From a virus: 64,000 bases of DNA. The stretch lies in the IMG/VR virus record IMGVR_UViG_3300022680_000058, positions 32,001 to 96,000 of that record; one strand, 5' to 3'. Below, piece after piece: positions 8,773 through 17,772 of the stretch. The notes beneath the pieces were generated by a model that had not been told where the DNA came from, ran no database searches, and was given only the letters and a program-made list of their open reading frames with translations. How positions within the stretch are numbered: the first letter of the stretch is position 1; the number at the start of each line of letters is the position of its first letter. The translations under genes were made by a program, and so were the position numbers.

Positions 8773-11403
8773 CTATTCCGAAGAGCTGAAGATCTGCTCG
8801 AACCGGAACAGGAGAAATTCTCCAGGCTTGTTCACCGCGACATACACGTCACAGATGACCAGTCCATCCTCCTCGACGTTGGGAGGATTGTTGGTCTCAT
8901 CACAGATGACGGAAAACGCCTCCTGAGGCGTGTCACCCTTGAACAGCCCCTGCCCAAAGAGCGTCAACATGAAACTCTCGACGGACAGTTGAATGGTCTT
9001 CCTGAGGGACGAACCCACGTTCTCGAAAACGAACCCATGGGTACTGTTGAAGACCGAGACCTTCAGGAAGTTGAACAGCCTTCGAGCATGAATGAACCTG
9101 AAGTCCGATGGTGGATTCTCCAGAGTCCTTGCGCCCCACACACACCGCCCTGTCTGGGCAGTGTCCATGAGAGAGTTGACCTGCTTCGGGTGGAGAATAT
9201 CGAGCTCATCGAACTCCATGGTTCGTTCGAGACCGATGCTGAAATTCAGCTTGCCCTCGGTGACGCCAGCCGGAGCTCGACCCACAGATTTCGTGTTGTC
9301 CGTCCTAGCATACACACCAGCGATGTGCCCACCAGGAGGGATATTCACAGGAAGGTCCGTCACAGGGTCAGTGATCGTGATCCAAGGGTAGTACAGCGCG
9401 CCGTAACTGCTGTTCGCCCCGAGGTCATTGATCCTGTAACTCTGAGCCTGTTGAGGCGTGAGTCCCTCCGGAGTCGCCAGGATGATGAACCATTTCTCGT
9501 TCCGCTCGGCCTCTGTGAGCTGATCGAGGGACATCGTGACGTTTCCAGCCGCGTCAGGAATCGTGACGTTCTGGAGCTCGTTCGTCGGGAGCAAAGCGTA
9601 CATCCCTTCACGATCAGTGAGAAGGGTCGGGTCGGTGAGCTCGTTCCGAGTCACAGAGCCGGGAGACGCACCATCGGTACCACCGGCGGCATCCGTCTCA
9701 ACGAGACTGAGATCTGGTTGCTTGTAAAAGCTCGCCGTCGCGATCGACCCAGGAACGAGAACGGCAGGTCCGGCGCCGTGAGACGTCTCGGGCTCCTCGA
9801 TCTCCTGACCAGCGACGAGTCTGAACGCGAAGTGTCCGGTCGTGTAGTTGATGACGTTGAGATTCGACGGGGCTGTCCCATCGACGTCACCAATCAGATT
9901 CCCGTCACCGTCATCAGTGATGGTCCTCGTATTGCCACCAACATCCGTGTAGGTGATACTGACGGACCCTTGCTGAACAGGTGCCTCCAGCGGAAGCGTC
10001 CGAACACCAACCGGAATCACAGCCGACGTCAGACCACCACCACCAGCAGTGCCGTCAGTGGAGCCGTAATCGAGAGTCGGTGTCGCAACCGGGATACCGC
10101 CGTTTCCGGCAGCACACTGGACCGACCTAGCGAAACCACTCAGACGAACGGGGGCGACATCCGCATTCGACGGCTCGGTGAGCTCGATGTAGTCCGACCC
10201 GACACCGGCATTGTTGAGCACACTTCCAACGTACCGAGCATCAGAAGTGTCAGTGAAGCTCAAATCCTCGAAAATCTCTTCGAGGCTGCCGTCAACGGTC
10301 ACCAAGACATCAAACCGAGAGTACGACGCAGTGCTCCTGGTGAAGTAGTCATCGTCCCCACGGATGTCGACGTCCACACCGTTGCCCCAGGTACCTCCAG
10401 AGATGACCGAGTAGTCCCAGATCACCTGCGAATAGCAGACTTCGATCGGGCACTTGTTGTACGGAGCAGGAGACCCAGCATTGATGATGAAACTCGCCTG
10501 CCCTGTCGTGTAGTCGATGGTGTCCGACACGCCCGTGAGGACAGTGTCAGTAGACGCCAATGTTCCGGCGCCGTCATCAAAGATGGTGACCAAGTCTCCA
10601 GCCGGGGTGAAGTCCGCCGTCACCGCAGCCGCTGCATCGGGAACACTCGCCGTCGTTGTCTCGAAAGACAAGTTGAAGACGCCTGTCGTGTAATCGATGT
10701 ACCCACGAGCGATGTTGCTCGTATCGTAGAGAATACCGATTCCCTCTTGAGCTGGAGCCGGGGCATGAACCGCGTCATCACCATAGGTCACAGCGCCAGC
10801 GCTGACCAGCGTATTGATCGTCACTGACCCAGGAACGATCTTCGCGTCGTTCGCAACGACAATCCGGCTGATCATTGCATCGTTCGACGCCGCAGAAACA
10901 CCAGCCACACCATCAGGGACGGGAACAGGAGTCAGGGCCTGAGCCACAACCGGAGTCCCTGCTTCATAGTAGGTGATAGAGACACCACCAGGAGCAGGTG
11001 TGACTTGTTGGATCGGGAGTCCAGAAATGGCTGTGAGAGGAGTACCACCCGAAGAAAAGTCCTGCGTGGTACCATCACCCACACCAATCTGCTCCTCACA
11101 GACTGGATTCGTGAGCTCTCCGACAGCAGTCGCCGCGTCGGACGGGATCACACGAACGACATACGCTCGACGACCGCCATTCGCGAAAAACGCATAGACG
11201 TGTGTTGGAACCTGGCTCAGTGCGGTGAACGTCCCGAACTCTTCCGAGAAAGAGGTGTAGTTCGTCTTGAGCGTGGCTACGTTTGTCGGACCCTTGGTCG
11301 TGAAGCCGACGATGCCCATGTTCGACGTGGAAACGCCTTGAATCGGGGTCAACCCACTCGCGCGTTCCTCGACATACACGCCGGGATGGAGGTATTCTGC
11401 CAT
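8773..11403 (-). CDS. Contractile tail sheath protein with inserted beta domains
   Basis: MAEYLHPGVYVEE..FFANGGRRAYVVRV..YGALYYPWI..PPGGHIAGVYARTD..VWGARTL..KPGEFLLFRF. Confidence 0.95.
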   Translation of the reverse strand: MAEYLHPGVYVEERASGLTPIQGVSTSNMGIVGFTTKGPTNVATLKTNYTSFSEEFGTFTALSQVPTHVYAFFANGGRRAYVVRVIPSDAATAVGELTNPVCEEQIGVGDGTTQDFSSGGTPLTAISGLPIQQVTPAPGGVSITYYEAGTPVVAQALTPVPVPDGVAGVSAASNDAMISRIVVANDAKIVPGSVTINTLVSAGAVTYGDDAVHAPAPAQEGIGILYDTSNIARGYIDYTTGVFNLSFETTTASVPDAAAAVTADFTPAGDLVTIFDDGAGTLASTDTVLTGVSDTIDYTTGQASFIINAGSPAPYNKCPIEVCYSQVIWDYSVISGGTWGNGVDVDIRGDDDYFTRSTASYSRFDVLVTVDGSLEEIFEDLSFTDTSDARYVGSVLNNAGVGSDYIELTEPSNADVAPVRLSGFARSVQCAAGNGGIPVATPTLDYGSTDGTAGGGGLTSAVIPVGVRTLPLEAPVQQGSVSITYTDVGGNTRTITDDGDGNLIGDVDGTAPSNLNVINYTTGHFAFRLVAGQEIEEPETSHGAGPAVLVPGSIATASFYKQPDLSLVETDAAGGTDGASPGSVTRNELTDPTLLTDREGMYALLPTNELQNVTIPDAAGNVTMSLDQLTEAERNEKWFIILATPEGLTPQQAQSYRINDLGANSSYGALYYPWITITDPVTDLPVNIPPGGHIAGVYARTDNTKSVGRAPAGVTEGKLNFSIGLERTMEFDELDILHPKQVNSLMDTAQTGRCVWGARTLENPPSDFRFIHARRLFNFLKVSVFNSTHGFVFENVGSSLRKTIQLSVESFMLTLFGQGLFKGDTPQEAFSVICDETNNPPNVEEDGLVICDVYVAVNKPGEFLLFRFEQIFSSSE

Positions 11404-11434
11404 GGTATCTTATCCCCTTCCGTCGTCGTGGGCT

Positions 11435-11833
11435 TCAGCCTCGACGCGCTTTCCTTTTCCTCTTTCCCTCCTTCTCCTGCTCCTGTTGCTCCTGCTCCTG
11501 TTGCTCCTCTTCAGAATCTTGCCTGGGAACCTCGGTTTTGGCAACCTTTTCTGAGGTCACCCCATGCTTCTCGCCATCCGAAACCCGCTCTTTTTCCGGC
11601 GCTTTCCTCGGCTCACTTTTCTCGACCTCGACGTTGGAACTCTCGTCCTTCGCCGGGGCCTCCTTTTCCGGAATCTGAAAAGACTTCAGAGGAACGATCT
11701 TCTTGATCCTCTTCAGGTGCGCCAGCTCCCTCGTGAGAGGTGACTCGAAATCCTGATTCGGAACCAAGACAGTCGGACCACCAGGTAGGTCAACAGACTT
11801 CGTGACCTTTCCAACATACCTCCACCACGCCAT
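11435..11833 (-). CDS. Hypothetical protein with a charged low-complexity tail
   Basis: Immediately upstream of the sheath gene; GAGAGGT RBS. Confidence 0.65.
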   Translation of the reverse strand: MAWWRYVGKVTKSVDLPGGPTVLVPNQDFESPLTRELAHLKRIKKIVPLKSFQIPEKEAPAKDESSNVEVEKSEPRKAPEKERVSDGEKHGVTSEKVAKTEVPRQDSEEEQQEQEQQEQEKEGKRKRKARRG

Positions 11834-11850
11834 CCTACACCTCTCTCAGG

Positions 11851-12537
11851 TCAAACGAGACCTCTTGAGTTTACACTCGTGATCAAGTTTGGTGAAGTGG
11901 GGGCGACATACGGGTCGTGGAAATCGAGCTCACCCTCAACCCTGAGGGATATTGTCCAGCCCAATGTTCTGTCCGCCACATCAACAATCTCATCCAAGGT
12001 ATCCAGTGACTCCTGGAACGCATAGTACCCTCTCTCGGCGCCCACAGAGTCAATGAAATACACCTGCCCATACGGTCCGAACTTTTGGCCAACCTTCCGC
12101 AACATCAAGTCTGCCTGAGTCCTCAACCTGGCCCTTATGTGGACCTCATACATGATGTCATACGGGTCTGCCCATTGCTTGATTTCGAGAGCCGAAGGCC
12201 CCTGAACACCACCAGACGAAGTCACAGTCTTTGATGTGGCAGCCGGTGTGTAATACTCACGACCACCTGGGTTCCTTCGTTGAGGAGCATGGTTGAGCGC
12301 TGTCCTCGAAACAACAATGTTTGGAAGAAGCTCGTTCTGATACGTCGCCTCTGGCTCTTGAAAGTAGATCGGAATATACCCACCATACTCGTCCGGCCCG
12401 AGAACATTGTCAATTCTGACCGCATAGACCTGAACAGTCTCACCGTCGAACTCGTGCGGGATCAACTCTCCACCCGCTGTCCGAATCATCCCCTCGTCAA
12501 AATCACGAAGGAAGACTATTCCTGTTCTGGCACTCAT
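11851..12537 (-). CDS. Putative tail terminator / completion protein
   Basis: FDEGM..LPNIVVSR..PYDIMYEVHIRAR..QADLM..ISLRVEG, and position upstream of the sheath. Confidence 0.6.
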   Translation of the reverse strand: MSARTGIVFLRDFDEGMIRTAGGELIPHEFDGETVQVYAVRIDNVLGPDEYGGYIPIYFQEPEATYQNELLPNIVVSRTALNHAPQRRNPGGREYYTPAATSKTVTSSGGVQGPSALEIKQWADPYDIMYEVHIRARLRTQADLMLRKVGQKFGPYGQVYFIDSVGAERGYYAFQESLDTLDEIVDVADRTLGWTISLRVEGELDFHDPYVAPTSPNLITSVNSRGLV

Positions 12538-13337
12538 CCCAACCCCATTGATACGAGCTCTTGAAATCGACGGACACGCTTCGCTGACGACGCCTTCTCG
12601 AACGGAAGATCATTGGCAGTCTTGTACCCTCTGTCCGATGGCACAGCTACCCAACCCTCGAACCTCTTGAAAATATGCTTCAGATCTGTCCCGATCACCA
12701 TCCTGAGCGCCGGTCTCCAATGAGCTCTTCCTGGGTTCGGTGGAATCCCGAACTCGTACCTGAGCACCTCGAAGGCAACATCGCGAGACACCTTCCTCGA
12801 AATAGACACCTTCTGTTTCGTTCTGACAGTGACTCCAAGCGCCCTGAGCTCAGTCTCTACAGACTCAAGATTCTTCCGTCTGTCCCTCTCAATCGCTTTC
12901 GCCTCCCTCTCAGAGACGAACCTGGACACCACCTCAGCCTCCCGACGTTTTGGCTCGTATGGGATCGTGTCCATGGTCCACGGATTCTCTCGTTCGAGAA
13001 CAACAGTTGCTGGCTCGACCGCCTCACCACCGCGAATCTTCGGGATGACGTAGAGCACTGTCCGCTTCACATCCGACGCCCTTAGCTTGTGAAGCATCTT
13101 CTGTGGAGCGAATATGCCAGCGATCTCCCAATCGTTCTCTTTTGGGAGGCTCATAACTCGAAGACCGTCAGGGTATCCTTCAATCCCCTTCGGAGCTCCC
13201 TCTTTGACCCGCTCCAAAGTTTCTTTGGCGACCTCTTGTGGGAACGTCTTGATGATAGCGACCACACGTTCTGGTAGCTCGTTGACGAGCTTCAACGTTC
13301 GCTTATTCTCCTTGAGTGGCGTAACAGTGAGCTTCAT
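12534..13337 (-). CDS. Putative neck / tail-completion protein
   Basis: Basic 267 aa protein; EFG..PGRAHWRPAL resembles the HK97 gp10-like C-terminal motif. Confidence 0.45.
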   Translation of the reverse strand: MKLTVTPLKENKRTLKLVNELPERVVAIIKTFPQEVAKETLERVKEGAPKGIEGYPDGLRVMSLPKENDWEIAGIFAPQKMLHKLRASDVKRTVLYVIPKIRGGEAVEPATVVLERENPWTMDTIPYEPKRREAEVVSRFVSEREAKAIERDRRKNLESVETELRALGVTVRTKQKVSISRKVSRDVAFEVLRYEFGIPPNPGRAHWRPALRMVIGTDLKHIFKRFEGWVAVPSDRGYKTANDLPFEKASSAKRVRRFQELVSMGLG

Positions 13338-13419
13338 TGTTTCAACCCGTCATGACCCATGCGCGACAACCTGGACTCGTAGAGGCATCTCATCGACACC
13401 GCGAGAGCTGGCTGAGAGC

Positions 13420-13770
13420 CTACACTTCTGTTGGCTCCTGGATTGGTTTCTTTTCCTCACCAGGCCACCGCCAATACAAACCATGAGCTGGTTGCACTGA
13501 AACATGAACGATGCTGGTATGCCCCTTCTCGGTCTGACGACCATAGGGGTCCTGCTTCGACTTATCTCGTGCTACACGAACAGCATTGATGCACGGCATA
13601 CATCCGTTGAGCTTGACGTCTCCGTGCACGGCTAGCACCAAAGCATTTTGGTCTACGCCTTCAGGGTCCGTAAAGATGACGACATCTCCAACGTGAGGTT
13701 GTCTCCGATCCATTATCTCTTGCTCCTTCTGCGACCTTGTTGCCGCGCAGGAGTCATGACGATCACTCAT
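13420..13770 (-). CDS. Hypothetical protein
   Basis: PHVGDVVIF..ALVLAVHG..CIN..YWRWP; start may be MDRRQP. Confidence 0.6.
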   Translation of the reverse strand: MSDRHDSCAATRSQKEQEIMDRRQPHVGDVVIFTDPEGVDQNALVLAVHGDVKLNGCMPCINAVRVARDKSKQDPYGRQTEKGHTSIVHVSVQPAHGLYWRWPGEEKKPIQEPTEV

Positions 13771-14135
13771 TTCTGGCCAACCGGAACCATGGCGTGCGGA
13801 GACTTCGGGCGAAGCATCTCCACATGCTCATCGCACGCCCCGACCATCCCCCCATCCTTCGCTTCGACGAGGTTGGTCGAATCCTTCCCACACCTGAAAC
13901 ACAAAGAGGCAATTGATTGCCTGCTCAATGGACCTCTATATGATGGGAACGACATACCACTGAGAGGACCACCACACTCCCCGTCGCCCAGTGCATCCCT
14001 ACACGAAGCCGAGTTCTCGCCTGTTGGCGCCATCCTCTCACAGCACGAGCACACGAATGAGTAACCCTGCTTCATGAACCTTTCCGTCTGGATCATACTC
14101 CTACTCCCTCCTCTACAACATACTCCGACCACCAC
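13767..14135 (-). CDS. Cys-rich zinc-binding protein
   Basis: CSCC, C..CGGP, CFRC, C..H; start probably MIQTER. Confidence 0.6.
   Translation of the reverse strand: MVVGVCCRGGSRSMIQTERFMKQGYSFVCSCCERMAPTGENSASCRDALGDGECGGPLSGMSFPSYRGPLSRQSIASLCFRCGKDSTNLVEAKDGGMVGACDEHVEMLRPKSPHAMVPVGQK
13906..13923. repeat. Conserved palindrome, copy 2
   Basis: GAGGCAATTGATTGCCTG inside CDS 13767..14135. Confidence 0.85.
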
Positions 14136-14538
14136 CTGAAACCACTGGCCACTTCCCTCCCTGGTATGGGTTCGGCTTCAAAACGTTCCTGACATACAAG
14201 TCCTTCACCCGATCGAGCCGAGACTTCTCCATGTCAGGGGGTGGGACGACCCACACAAGATACTTTTCCGGGTCCACATCCACTTCGAGAGTCGTCCCCG
14301 ACGAAACGTCTCGAACCCGAACAACACCAATGGCAGGATCAACCTGAGTGATTCGACCATGCTTGATGATGTTCTTCCCCTTCTTTGACCTCACAGTGAC
14401 CAACTGCCCAGCCATCAGGTTTACCCGCTCTGCCGCCTCCTCCAGCCTCGCAGAGTTTTCCACGATGTCAGAGACCTCGGATTCCTGTAAGGCTACAATC
14501 GCCTCTCTGAGGACCGCATTGATGCGCTGAACATCCAT
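14113..14538 (-). CDS. Leader-family protein (putative internal head cargo), SH3-like body
   Basis: Leader MDVQRINAVLREAIVALQESE..LEEA. Confidence 0.7.
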   Translation of the reverse strand: MDVQRINAVLREAIVALQESEVSDIVENSARLEEAAERVNLMAGQLVTVRSKKGKNIIKHGRITQVDPAIGVVRVRDVSSGTTLEVDVDPEKYLVWVVPPPDMEKSRLDRVKDLYVRNVLKPNPYQGGKWPVVSGGGRSML

Positions 14539-15170
14539 CAGACCGGAACTCCCTCGTAGCCAATGACACCCTTGATGTCCATGACCATCTCTCCGACCTT
14601 ATCGACCTGTGATTGGGCAAATGTTCTGGCGTCACCCTTCGATGATGTGAAGAAGATTCCGCGAGACCCCCATCCGCGTCTCACTGTCTTGACATAGACA
14701 GCACTTTCCCGCTCCTTTGACACCTTGATCAGAAATCTCTTCTTTCCACCCTTGCTGGCGCCCCCACCCTGAGCTTCGAGTTCTGCCAAAGTTTCACGAC
14801 CGAGCTGTGTAATGGACCACTTCTCAATCTCGGAGCCATCATCGTCACCCTTGTAGACCTCCATCACAATGAGGCCAAGATCCTCCATCTTGTAGAGGGT
14901 TGGAGTGAACATCCCCGTGATTGCTTTCGTGCCCATCGGGGTCGTGTACCACTTCCAGTAGTACCCAGTCCCAGGGTGCCTGGTGTAGAGGGTCCCATGG
15001 TCAGCAAGGTTTCTGAGCGTCTGCACAGCCTTTGGGGCGAGCCTTGGGAGCTTCTTCCCCTTCCGCCCTTTACCCTTGCTCGACAACTGTTTTGGCGTCG
15101 GAATTTCGTATCCACCGAGCTTCGTCTCACTAATTGCCGCATGAAGTTGTGCTGAAAGTTTAGGCATCAT
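14538..15170 (-). CDS. Leader-family protein with winged-helix-like body
   Basis: MPKLSAQLHAAISE-TKLGGYEIPTP-KQLSSKGKGRKGKK; TLYKMEDLGLI..WSITQLG. Confidence 0.7.
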   Translation of the reverse strand: MMPKLSAQLHAAISETKLGGYEIPTPKQLSSKGKGRKGKKLPRLAPKAVQTLRNLADHGTLYTRHPGTGYYWKWYTTPMGTKAITGMFTPTLYKMEDLGLIVMEVYKGDDDGSEIEKWSITQLGRETLAELEAQGGGASKGGKKRFLIKVSKERESAVYVKTVRRGWGSRGIFFTSSKGDARTFAQSQVDKVGEMVMDIKGVIGYEGVPV

Positions 15171-15739
15171 CAAATCCTGTCGTGTTCCGTCTTTCGGAAC
15201 GGCACGAACTTCGACCTAAGCTTGACCTCGATCTTGAACTGAACGAAGGTTGATGTCGTGAAGACATTTCCATCCCTGGTAGCCTTCACTACATCCCACT
15301 GACTGAACTGAGACGAGTTTCCGAATGGAACCTCTGACCAAAATTCGATAATGTCGCCCTTCTTCGGATACGGGGCGCTCCTGTCCTCGAACTCTTTTCT
15401 TGAAATCCAGATGACAGCCTCAGACTCCGTTCTCGCACCCTGCTCACTTGCTTCCACAGTGACATTGTCCGACTGTGGATAGTCAATCGCCGCATAGAGC
15501 TCGAAAGGCCCGTTGTACGACCAATCCTTCCCCTCATGAGAGGGCTCTCCATAAACAGGATCTCGATTCTTAGCTCTACGAAGCTGATAGAGCTTCACAG
15601 GCTCTCCAGCGAGCCTGGCAGGCTCTGTAGCAACGGAGTCCCACAACGCTTGTTCCGTGCCACAATCATCACAATCGCTGCCCGGAAAGATGCGTCTCGT
15701 GGGCTCGCAGTCGTCGCTACAGAACCCCATCACCACCAC
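15170..15739 (-). CDS. Neck protein, T4 gp14-like
   Basis: GEPVKLY..DPVYGE..VIWISRKEFE..PKKGDIIEF. Confidence 0.7.
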   Translation of the reverse strand: MVVMGFCSDDCEPTRRIFPGSDCDDCGTEQALWDSVATEPARLAGEPVKLYQLRRAKNRDPVYGEPSHEGKDWSYNGPFELYAAIDYPQSDNVTVEASEQGARTESEAVIWISRKEFEDRSAPYPKKGDIIEFWSEVPFGNSSQFSQWDVVKATRDGNVFTTSTFVQFKIEVKLRSKFVPFRKTEHDRI

Positions 15740-16314
15740 CCCTGATATTTCGCCGGTGGCCTCTTCTGAGCATGTCCAGTAACAGACCTGGCGATATTTC
15801 CAAGCTTCTTGGCATAGTTCGTGATTTTGCTGGCGAGCGTCTTGATCCCTCCCTCATCATCAATCGAGACATTCTTCCCGATCGTCATGAGCTCTGGGTA
15901 CTCATCAACCCACTGGTCCACAACCATCTGAGCATCTTTCTTCCGGTCAAAGAATGTCCCCTCATACCCGCCAAAAGCCATGCTCATCCCAGTTGTGGCA
16001 TGAGAAATAACCCACGAAGTTCCTTTATGGCTCTTGTGAACAGCCCAGACACCTTTGACATACGCCTTGATTGGCTGCTTCGTGTGCCCCTCATCATGGA
16101 ACATGTTCGGGACACGGATCTTGATGGTTTTCCCCGACCATCCAGTCGGCCCTTTCTTCCCCTTCTTCGGCGACTTCATCCCAAAAGTCCCTGGAGCACG
16201 AACATCATAGCTCGTTACACCAGAGGCTATTGCCTCAGCCATTACGGCGATCTCATCTTCTTGAAATGTTGAAATCGCCGTCACGAGAACAGTGTTGACC
16301 GTGTGAACATCCAT
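15730..16314 (-). CDS. Leader-family protein (putative internal head cargo)
   Basis: MDVHTVNTVLVTAISTFQEDE..MAE-AIASGVTSYDVRAP. Confidence 0.7.
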   Translation of the reverse strand: MDVHTVNTVLVTAISTFQEDEIAVMAEAIASGVTSYDVRAPGTFGMKSPKKGKKGPTGWSGKTIKIRVPNMFHDEGHTKQPIKAYVKGVWAVHKSHKGTSWVISHATTGMSMAFGGYEGTFFDRKKDAQMVVDQWVDEYPELMTIGKNVSIDDEGGIKTLASKITNYAKKLGNIARSVTGHAQKRPPAKYQGWW

Positions 16315-16841
16315 CACATATCTGCCTTGAACGCAAGGTGCGCTTTCAGAGCTTCGAGGATGTCCTTGTAGACGTCTTTCACGGTTCTGCCCGACGTGAT
16401 GATCGATGCCTTACCATGGTTGAGAACGCCGCCGACATCAACAGAGCTCGGGTTGATGAACATGTCAATGTTCTTCTGCCAGCCGACCTTCTTCTCATCG
16501 AAATCGACGAAGACCTGTCGTCTGTCCTTCTTCTTCCCGGTTCCCTTGTAGCCCTGGTAGACCCTCTTGGTTCCTGGGAGGTCTTTCTTGAGCTTCTTGA
16601 GCTGCTTCAAGAGCGCCGTAGAAAACTTGACCCTCTCTTCGAGAGTCCCCCCGCCAGTGATCCCCGCTGGAGAGAACTTCGATGGAGGAGGAGGAGTATA
16701 CTGCTGTCCACGAGGGGACGGAACTCTGTACACCCCGGTGACACCATGAGCCATCGCCGCCTCGTGGAGGTCGTCAACCTCACACTCCTGGAAGAAAACA
16801 ATGGCTTCGACCAGTGTCGTATTGACCGCCTGAATGTCCAC
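16314..16841 (-). CDS. Leader-family protein (putative internal head cargo)
   Basis: MDIQAVNTTLVEAIVFFQECE..LHE-AAMAHGVTGVYRVPSP. Confidence 0.7.
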   Translation of the reverse strand: MDIQAVNTTLVEAIVFFQECEVDDLHEAAMAHGVTGVYRVPSPRGQQYTPPPPSKFSPAGITGGGTLEERVKFSTALLKQLKKLKKDLPGTKRVYQGYKGTGKKKDRRQVFVDFDEKKVGWQKNIDMFINPSSVDVGGVLNHGKASIITSGRTVKDVYKDILEALKAHLAFKADM

Positions 16842-16844
16842 AGC

Positions 16845-17171
16845 TCACCCCTTTTTCTTGGTCCGGTTCTTCATGATGCTGACGCAAACGCCTTCCGGCT
16901 CTTTCGCCTTGGAACACCGTCGGAAAGCATCAACACAGTCTGAGAAGCTATTGAAGTCCTTCCCTTGCTTGTCTCGGTACTTCCGCATGCAGTCAGGTTC
17001 GCTCTTGATGGGACCTGTGGGCCGCTTCCGCTCCTTGCCCTTCTTCCCCCTCTTGGCAAGCGCCGCCGGTGTTGGAGGCGTGTATGCCGCCTCGGAGATC
17101 CCATCGATGTCCGCTTCCTGAAAACCGATGATTGCTTGAAGGAGAACCGAATTGACCTGCCCGATATCCAT
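16845..17171 (-). CDS. Leader-family protein with Cys-rich body
   Basis: MDIGQVNSVLLQAIIGFQEAD..ISE-AAYTPPTP; CMRKYR..FSDCV..C..EPEGVC. Confidence 0.7.
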   Translation of the reverse strand: MDIGQVNSVLLQAIIGFQEADIDGISEAAYTPPTPAALAKRGKKGKERKRPTGPIKSEPDCMRKYRDKQGKDFNSFSDCVDAFRRCSKAKEPEGVCVSIMKNRTKKKG

Positions 17172-17174
17172 GAC

Positions 17175-17768
17175 CTACCTCGCTTCACCAACACCAACGG
17201 ACTCAAAGGCAGGATCGCCCTCCATTTTGTCCGCATGGGGATAATACCTCATGGTGTAAAGCCAGCCCTTCAATGGGGCAAGCCCACCAGTTCCATAATA
17301 CTCTGTCGTGAACCTGCCCTTGAACGCCTTGCCGCCGATCTTTGTCCTGAGTGTTTTTGCGACATCTTTTGCAATCTTTGGAACATCTTTCGACTTGCCA
17401 TCGTCAGCGTCCATGAAGATAGAAACCTGGAATTGCGGTCCAAGCTTCTTCGAGACGTCCTGACCAAAAGTGTGGCCTGTAGCACGGATCGAAATCTTGG
17501 GGTACTTCTGCTTGAACTTTTTGTCCAATTCAGAGGCTATCGCGATGATTCTCGATCCGTAGATTCTCTCGAAGTGTTTAGCAAGGTGCATCTTGCTATA
17601 CCGCTTGAACTCCTCAGGACTCGGCACATGGAATCCAGACCCGTACTTCTCTCCGGTAGCGCTCGTTCTGTACGGCTTCCCGACGATGTACACTGACTCT
17701 TCGAGCTCACTCTCTTGGAAGCCGATGATCGCCTGAAGAAGAACCGAGTTGACTTGCCTGATATCCAC
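17175..17768 (-). CDS. Leader-family protein (putative internal head cargo)
   Basis: GTG start at 17768: MDIRQVNSVLLQAIIGFQESELEE-S..GFHVPSP. Confidence 0.7.
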   Translation of the reverse strand: MDIRQVNSVLLQAIIGFQESELEESVYIVGKPYRTSATGEKYGSGFHVPSPEEFKRYSKMHLAKHFERIYGSRIIAIASELDKKFKQKYPKISIRATGHTFGQDVSKKLGPQFQVSIFMDADDGKSKDVPKIAKDVAKTLRTKIGGKAFKGRFTTEYYGTGGLAPLKGWLYTMRYYPHADKMEGDPAFESVGVGEAR

Positions 17769-17772
17769 GCCC

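Noticed and set aside
8989-10827. 612-aa plus-strand ORF and other long plus-strand ORFs (21669, 25317, 38247, 41984, 43712, 51017)
   Set aside because: Antisense shadows of well-supported minus-strand genes; no motifs or RBS
5975-12537. Stand-alone eCIS or tailocin
   Set aside because: Contiguous with portal, terminase, capsid and replication genes, so it is a phage tail
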